Source: Dehalococcoidia bacterium (lineage in GTDB: Bacteria; Chloroflexota; Dehalococcoidia; Bin125). From it: a stretch of DNA of 64,000 nt. Position numbers and translations under genes: made by a program. Positions 58,622-64,000 of this stretch are shown in pieces. The notes beneath the pieces are model-generated. The model searched no databases, was not told the DNA's origin, and was given only the letters and a program-made list of their open reading frames with translations. Within the stretch, counting starts at the first letter, position 1. Each line of letters starts with the position of its first letter. The stretch is taken from the NCBI GenBank assembly GCA_965217625.1, contig OZ244557.1, positions 1,341,827 through 1,405,826 of the forward strand, in the 5' to 3' direction.

Positions 58622-59515
58622 TCAGCGCACGTGCCTCAGCCGCGGATCGAGGAGATCGCGCAGCCAGTCGCCCATCAGGTTGCCCGTCAGCGAGATCGTC
58701 AGCAGAGCCAGCCCCGGCAGCCAGATGGGCCACCAGGCCACGTTCATGACCTGGCGCCCGTCTGTGATCATCCGGCCCCACGAGGCCGTGCCGGCAGGCA
58801 CGCCCACCCCGAGGAAGCTCAACGCCGCCTCCGCCAGGATCACGACCGCGACTTCCAACGTCAGGATGACCACGATCGTGTTCACGACGTTGGGGAAGAG
58901 GTGCTTGCGCACGATCCACCACCCGCCGCCCCCCGCCGCCCGTGATGCCGTCACGAAGTCGCGCTCCCGCAACGACAGGACCTCCGCCCGGACCAGTCGA
59001 GCGTAGGCGGACCATGACCAGATCAACAAGATGATAATCACGTTGCGCAGGCTCGGCCCGAAGATGCTGCCCAGCAGCACGGCGAAGAGGATGGATGGCA
59101 GCGCGAGCTGTATGTCAGTGATCCGCATCAAGATCTGGCTCGTCAAGCCCCCCCTCCAGCCCGACAGCATCCCCACCAGCGTCCCAATCGCGGCCGCGCC
59201 CGGCACGACGATCGCCACCACGATCAGCGAGATCCGCGCCCCATGCATCAGCCCGCTGAGGATGTCGCGGCCCAGATCGTCCGTCCCCAAGGGGTGGTCC
59301 CAGGTGCCGCCGTCGAAAACGGGCGGCACCAGACGCGCCGGCAGGTCAAGGAAGGTCGGATCGTGCGGGGCCAACACATCCGCCAACGCACCCGCCAGGA
59401 GGAAGACCAGTGCAATCGACCCCGGCAGCGACAGGCCCAGCCAACGTCGCCAGCGGATTGGGCCGCGCCGCCTGAAGAGCTCGACCTCGACGGGCGCGGG
59501 CGCGCGTTCGGTCAT
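58622..59515 (-). CDS. ABC transporter permease, DppC/OppC family (paralog)
   Basis: C-terminus [18 protein letters not shown] 59515 overlaps the upstream permease stop as ATGA. Confidence 0.85.
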   Translation of the reverse strand: MTERAPAPVEVELFRRRGPIRWRRWLGLSLPGSIALVFLLAGALADVLAPHDPTFLDLPARLVPPVFDGGTWDHPLGTDDLGRDILSGLMHGARISLIVVAIVVPGAAAIGTLVGMLSGWRGGLTSQILMRITDIQLALPSILFAVLLGSIFGPSLRNVIIILLIWSWSAYARLVRAEVLSLRERDFVTASRAAGGGGWWIVRKHLFPNVVNTIVVILTLEVAVVILAEAALSFLGVGVPAGTASWGRMITDGRQVMNVAWWPIWLPGLALLTISLTGNLMGDWLRDLLDPRLRHVR

Positions 59516-60447
59516 CAGAGGGCTCCCGCCCGGATCCGCGGATCGATGAGGCGGTAGGACACGTCCACCAGCACGTTGGCCAGTGCGATCGAGGCGGCCA
59601 GCACAATGATCGCCGTTTGCACCATCGGGTAGTCGGACTGCACGATCGAATCGATGATCAGCCGCCCGATCCCCGGCCAGGCGAACACCACCTCGATGAT
59701 GACCGACCCGGCGATCAGACGCCCCACCCCGATACCGAGAATCGTTACGACCGGCAGCAGCGCATGGCGCAGCGCGTGCCGGGTGATGACGGTGCGCTCC
59801 CGCAGCCCCTTCGCCCGCGCGGTCACGATGAAGTCAGACCCCATCACGTCGATCATCCCGGAGCGGGTCAGACGCATGATCGCCGCCATCTCCAGCAGCC
59901 CCAACGACACCGCTGGCAGGATCAGCGACTTGAACCCCTTGGCCCCTCCGGTGGGGAACCACCCCAGTTCCACGGCGAAGAAGAAGATCACCATCAGGCC
60001 CAGCCAGAAGCTGGGCGTCGCCTGCCCGAACACGGCGAGGAAGCGGGTCAACCAATCCATCAGCTTGCCACGCTTCAGCGCCGCCGCGACGCCCAGTGGG
60101 ATGGACAGACTCACCGCGAAGACCAACGCCGCACTCGTCAGCTTCAATGTGTTCACCGCGCGTTCGCCGATGGCGCCAATCGTGGAGGTGCCGCCGCCGC
60201 GGTACGACTGCCCGAAGTCCAGCTGCGCGAGATCCCAGAGGAAGTCGCCGTACTGCACGATCACGGGGTCGTTCAGGCCGAAGTGTTCGCGGACGGTCTC
60301 GATCTCCTCGTTGGTCGCGTCGAACGGCAGCAGGAAGGATTCCGGGTTGCCCACCAGGCGCGAGACGAAGAAGACGACGCTCGCCACGATGAAGACCACG
60401 ACGACGGTCTGGAGCAGGCGAATGGCAAGGAAGTTCCAGAATTGCAC
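59515..60447 (-). CDS. ABC transporter permease, DppB/OppB family (paralog)
   Basis: GTG 60447 gives VQFWNFLAIRLLQTVVVVF, the typical DppB N-terminus. The upstream 59 codons of the six-frame ORF are Arg/Gly-rich and are not used. Confidence 0.8.
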   Translation of the reverse strand: MQFWNFLAIRLLQTVVVVFIVASVVFFVSRLVGNPESFLLPFDATNEEIETVREHFGLNDPVIVQYGDFLWDLAQLDFGQSYRGGGTSTIGAIGERAVNTLKLTSAALVFAVSLSIPLGVAAALKRGKLMDWLTRFLAVFGQATPSFWLGLMVIFFFAVELGWFPTGGAKGFKSLILPAVSLGLLEMAAIMRLTRSGMIDVMGSDFIVTARAKGLRERTVITRHALRHALLPVVTILGIGVGRLIAGSVIIEVVFAWPGIGRLIIDSIVQSDYPMVQTAIIVLAASIALANVLVDVSYRLIDPRIRAGAL

Positions 60448-60559
60448 GGCACGCTCCGGATCGCGTCCTACTCGCTCAGACCCGACGTCCGATGCGCCGC
60501 ATACTAGCAGCAGGGCTCCGGCTGCTGGATCGTCTGGGCGTCGATGACGATCTCCGGCC

Positions 60560-60877
60560 CGTCCTCCCCAGCCGCTCGAGTTGGCCCAGCCCGGTCTCCT
60601 GCGCATAGTCGATCGCCTGGGCACGGGCCTTCAGATCCTCGGTGCTGCGAGGCATGACCATGAAGCGGTCGGCCTCGTCGCCGGTCTCGGGGTCGGTGGT
60701 GACGAAGATGTCGCGGATCTCGGGGTCGTGGTAGCGGCGGAACTCATCCGCGGCCGACTGGGCGCCATCGCGAGTGCGGCCGTCTGACGTGACATCGCTG
60801 ACGAGGTCGCCGTCGAGAAACACGCGACGGCCGTCACGGAGCGAGTCCAGGTATTCCTCCGGCGTGCGGAACGGCAT
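60560..60877 (-). pseudogene. 4-hydroxyphenylacetate 3-monooxygenase (HpaB-family) N-terminal fragment
   Basis: MPFRTPEEYLDSLRDGRRVFLDGDLVSDVTS ... RRYHDPE matches the HpaB_N region. Only ~100 aa are present. Confidence 0.4.
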
Positions 60878-61138
60878 CGTTCGCTCCTTTTCGGGACTGC
60901 GGCACGGCATCCGTTGCCGCCGGCATCATCGCCCCGGGATGCCGACGAACGCAAGGTGTGCGGACCGGGCTCGCACGCCGATCCCGGCCGACGCGCCCTT
61001 CGGGATCCGCGAGCTGCCGCAGCCCACCCCCCAGCCCCCCGGGATGCCCTGACCAGCACCGACAAGGAGTTCGGGGGCAGACCCGACGACACGAGCGGCG
61101 GCGCGAGCGACCCTGGGTCTGGACTTGGAGTGCTCTCA

Positions 61139-61350
61139 ATGACGGCCGTCGCGACGGAAGTGGCCGATCAGATTGTGGCGCTCCGCGTGGAGCTCGCGGA
61201 GACGCTCGATGGCCTCAAGGACGAAGAGGCCGGCTGGCAGCCGGGGCCGGGTCAGTGGTGCGTTCTCGAAGTCGTCGCCCATCTCCTGGGGAGGGAGGGG
61301 GCCGGTGGAGTGAGCGGCACGCTCATCACCGCGGCTGGCCGCAGTTCCCG
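61139..61350 (+). pseudogene. DinB_2/DUF664-family fragment
   Basis: LDGLKDEEAGWQPGPGQWCVLEVVAHLL matches the DinB_2 N-terminal helix motif. The frame then decays. Confidence 0.3.
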
Positions 61351-61750
61351 GGCAGGCAGATCCGTTGCAGCGGCGGTCGCCTGGCGGGCTCGCGCCGGTC
61401 AGGACGGCGCGGGCGTGAATTCCTCGAGCGCCGCCGACCAGACGATGTTCTTCTCGGCCAGGCGCGCTTCGGCGCGTTGAAACGACGCGGCGCCCCGCAA
61501 GGCCGGCCCCAGCGTGGGATGGGTGTGCGCATTGCGCACGAGTTGCTTGTCCAAGTCGGTGATCAGGTCAGCGATGGCGGAGCCTTTCGCATGATGCGGT
61601 GCGTCCGCCGTGGGGAGGGCCGGACATGCCTATCCTAGACCCTCGCGGCGGGGATTGGGGCGATCACGGCTGCTGGAGATCGACACGGGGCGGGCCAATG
61701 GCCCGCCCCGTGCGCAAATCAGCGTGGTCGGACGGCGTCGCCGCCGACGA

Positions 61751-62050
61751 CTACCAGCGGCTTCCACCGCCACGGTTTCCACCGCCACGGTCGCCACCGC
61801 GGTCGCCACGAGGACGCGCCTCGTTGACGGTCAGCGTGCGGCCTTGGAAATCCTGGCCGTTCAGGGCCTGGATGGCCTTGGCGGCGTCCGCCTGGTCCAT
61901 CTCCACGAAACCGAAGCCGCGCGGGCGGCCGGTGTCGCGGTCCGTCGGCAGGGCACAGGACTGCACACTGCCGTAGGCAGCGAACAGCGTCTCCACGTCC
62001 GATTCGGACGAGGAAAACGACAGATTGCCGACGTAGATTCTCTGGGACAT
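61751..62050 (-). CDS. RRM-type RNA-binding protein with C-terminal RGG/Gly-rich tail
   Basis: MSQRIYVGNLSF (RNP2) and RGFGFVEM (RNP1) are present, with a ggagg RBS. The 99-aa protein is preceded by a >300-nt untranslated leader. Confidence 0.85.
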   Translation of the reverse strand: MSQRIYVGNLSFSSSESDVETLFAAYGSVQSCALPTDRDTGRPRGFGFVEMDQADAAKAIQALNGQDFQGRTLTVNEARPRGDRGGDRGGGNRGGGSRW

Positions 62051-62400
62051 CAAACATTTCCTCCAAGCGTCAAGCACAGCCCGACGATCGACCCCTGCCA
62101 TTCAGGTGATGGTTGGGGGTAAAAACTAGAGCGAGAGTCGACACTGGGAGCTGCGAGACAACGACCGAGAGGCGAATCCTGCTGGCGGCGCGTGTGGCGT
62201 CGCTGCGCTGATTGTACACGAAGAGGGCCGGCGGCGTGTTTGGGACTTCACACACGGGTCCGCACGCGGCAACGCGCCCCGGCGGGCCCGGCGGGGCGGT
62301 TCGCCCGCTGCCCGGTCACCCGCGCCTACGGGGGGCTGCGCTACGCTGCACAGCGGCGCCCGGCCCACCGCCGGGGCTTTGCGGATTCACGGAGTGCACT

Positions 62401-63330
62401 GTGTCCTACGACTTCATCCTCACCGAAACGGACGGCCGCGTGGCGACGATCACGCTGAACCGGCCCGAAAAGCTGAACGCGCTCTCGCACGAACTGCGGG
62501 GCGAGGTGTTCCACGCCCTCACCGAGGTGGAGGCCGACCCGGCGGTCGGCGTGATCATCATCAAGGGGGCGGGGCGCGCCTTCAGCGCGGGCTACGACCT
62601 GACCCCCGTGCCGGTGCCCAATCACCCGCACGTCAACCGGCATTCGGGGCTGCCGGACGTCGGCACGACACACCCCAACCACTACGACTGGTCGCGGCAC
62701 ACGATCCTAACGAACTGGCGCATCTGGGAGCTCTCGAAGCCGGTCATCGCGCAGTTGCACGGCTACTGCCTGGCCGGGGGCACGGAGATGGCGTCGATGT
62801 GCGACTTCCGAATCATCACCGAGGACTGCCAGGTGGGCTACCCGCCGGTGCGGGCGATGGGCACGATGGACATGATGTGGGCGCCCTGGTTCCTGCCGCC
62901 CGCCAAGGCGCGCCTGTTCGCCTACACGGGCGACGCCTTCACGGGCCGCGACCTGGAGTGGATGGGCTGGGCCACGTACGCCGTCACGAAGGACGAGATC
63001 GACGAGTTCACGCTCAATTTCGCGCGCCGGCTGGCCAACATCGACAACGACCAGCTGGCCTACAACAAGCGCGCCGTCAACCGGCAGTACGAGATCATGG
63101 GCATCCACACCGGCCTGATGTCGGGCACCGACGTGGAAGCGATGAGCAAGCACCGGCCGGCGGCGGGCGAGTTCGGCCGGCGCTCCCGCGAGGGCGGCCT
63201 GAAGGCGGCGCTGGAGTGGCGCGACGGGCCGTTCCGCGACTTCCGCGGCGCCTACGCGTCGGCCCCGCACGAGCGCGCGCTGGCCGGCTCCGAGGGCGAA
63301 GACGACGAGTTCAAGGGCCAGAACGTCTAG
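62401..63330 (+). CDS. enoyl-CoA hydratase/isomerase (long-loop paralog)
   Basis: GTG 62401. ATITLNRPEKLNAL, GAGRAFSAGYDL and LHGYCLAGGTEM crotonase motifs are present. Confidence 0.85.
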   Translation: MSYDFILTETDGRVATITLNRPEKLNALSHELRGEVFHALTEVEADPAVGVIIIKGAGRAFSAGYDLTPVPVPNHPHVNRHSGLPDVGTTHPNHYDWSRHTILTNWRIWELSKPVIAQLHGYCLAGGTEMASMCDFRIITEDCQVGYPPVRAMGTMDMMWAPWFLPPAKARLFAYTGDAFTGRDLEWMGWATYAVTKDEIDEFTLNFARRLANIDNDQLAYNKRAVNRQYEIMGIHTGLMSGTDVEAMSKHRPAAGEFGRRSREGGLKAALEWRDGPFRDFRGAYASAPHERALAGSEGEDDEFKGQNV

Positions 63331-63396
63331 GGCCCCCATCCGGATTGCGCCGGGGATTGCGCCGGGGTTGCGGCAGAGTGCGCTGCCCGGCCGCCC

Positions 63397-64000
63397 TCAG
63401 CGCACGTGCCGCAGCCGGGGGTCCAGCGCGTCCCGCAGCCAGTCCCCCATCAGGTTGCCGGTGAACGCGACGACCATCAACGCGATCCCCGGCAGCCAGA
63501 TCATCCACCAGGCCTGGACCATGAAGTTGCGGGCCTCGGTGATCATCGCGCCCCAGGAGGGCGTGCCGGGCGGCACGCCGACGCCGAGGAAGCTCAACGC
63601 CGCCTCCGCCAGGATCACGATCGCGACCTCCAGGGTCATGATGATCACGATCGTGTTGACGATGTTGGGGAAGAGGTGCTTGCGCATTATCCAGAGCCCG
63701 CCGGCGCCGACCGCACGCGAGGCGGTCACGAAGTCGCGCTCGCGCAGCGAGATGGCCTCCGCGCGCACCAATCGTGCGTAGGCGGACCAGGTCCAGAGCA
63801 GCAGGATGATGATCACGTTGCGCAGGCTGGGGCCTAGAACACTGCCCAGAAACACCGCGAAGAGGATCGCCGGCAGCGCCAGTTGAATGTCCGTCAGCCG
63901 CATCAACAGATTCCCGACGAGGCCGCCCTTCCACCCCGCGACCAGCCCGATCAGCGTCCCGATCGCGGCCGCCCCGGGCACCACAATCGCCACGACGATG
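63397..64000 (-). CDS. ABC transporter permease, DppC/OppC family (third paralog), 5' partial at window end
   Basis: C-terminus [15 protein letters not shown]. The frame is open to the window edge with no start in the window. Confidence 0.8.
   Translation of the reverse strand, partial: IVVAIVVPGAAAIGTLIGLVAGWKGGLVGNLLMRLTDIQLALPAILFAVFLGSVLGPSLRNVIIILLLWTWSAYARLVRAEAISLRERDFVTASRAVGAGGLWIMRKHLFPNIVNTIVIIMTLEVAIVILAEAALSFLGVGVPPGTPSWGAMITEARNFMVQAWWMIWLPGIALMVVAFTGNLMGDWLRDALDPRLRHVR

Overview
This 64-kb window has about 70% GC and looks like it comes from a Chloroflexi- or Actinobacteria-type genome. Several dozen CDS calls are supported and sit in acyl-CoA and lipid metabolism blocks. Among them are six enoyl-CoA hydratase (crotonase) paralogs, an acyl-CoA dehydrogenase, a tandem family-III CoA-transferase fusion, and a single-chain biotin carboxylase–BCCP–carboxyltransferase (LCC-type) carboxylase. 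The window holds two complete peptide-type ABC importers and part of a third, plus a HicAB toxin–antitoxin pair and an OmpR/histidine-kinase two-component system. A small His/Asp-rich secreted protein sits divergently next to that two-component system. The window also contains one tRNA-Lys(TTT), a tyrosine integrase immediately after it, and an IS5-family element. Roughly a quarter of the window is a degraded accessory region of pseudogene fragments, IS remnants and a prophage-like remnant. The most interesting hidden feature is a selenocysteine gene of the UGSC family (8840..9382) that ORF calling split at an in-frame TGA. The TGA is followed by a SECIS-like hairpin, and the gene ends an operon of two tandem paralogous proteins of unknown function (the first with a redoxin-like CPTC domain N-terminally). 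An ~860-bp near-identical inverted duplication (31822..32680 and 54338..55195) brackets about 22 kb and could mediate inversion. Most of the remaining six-frame ORFs are GC-driven alternate-frame artifacts.
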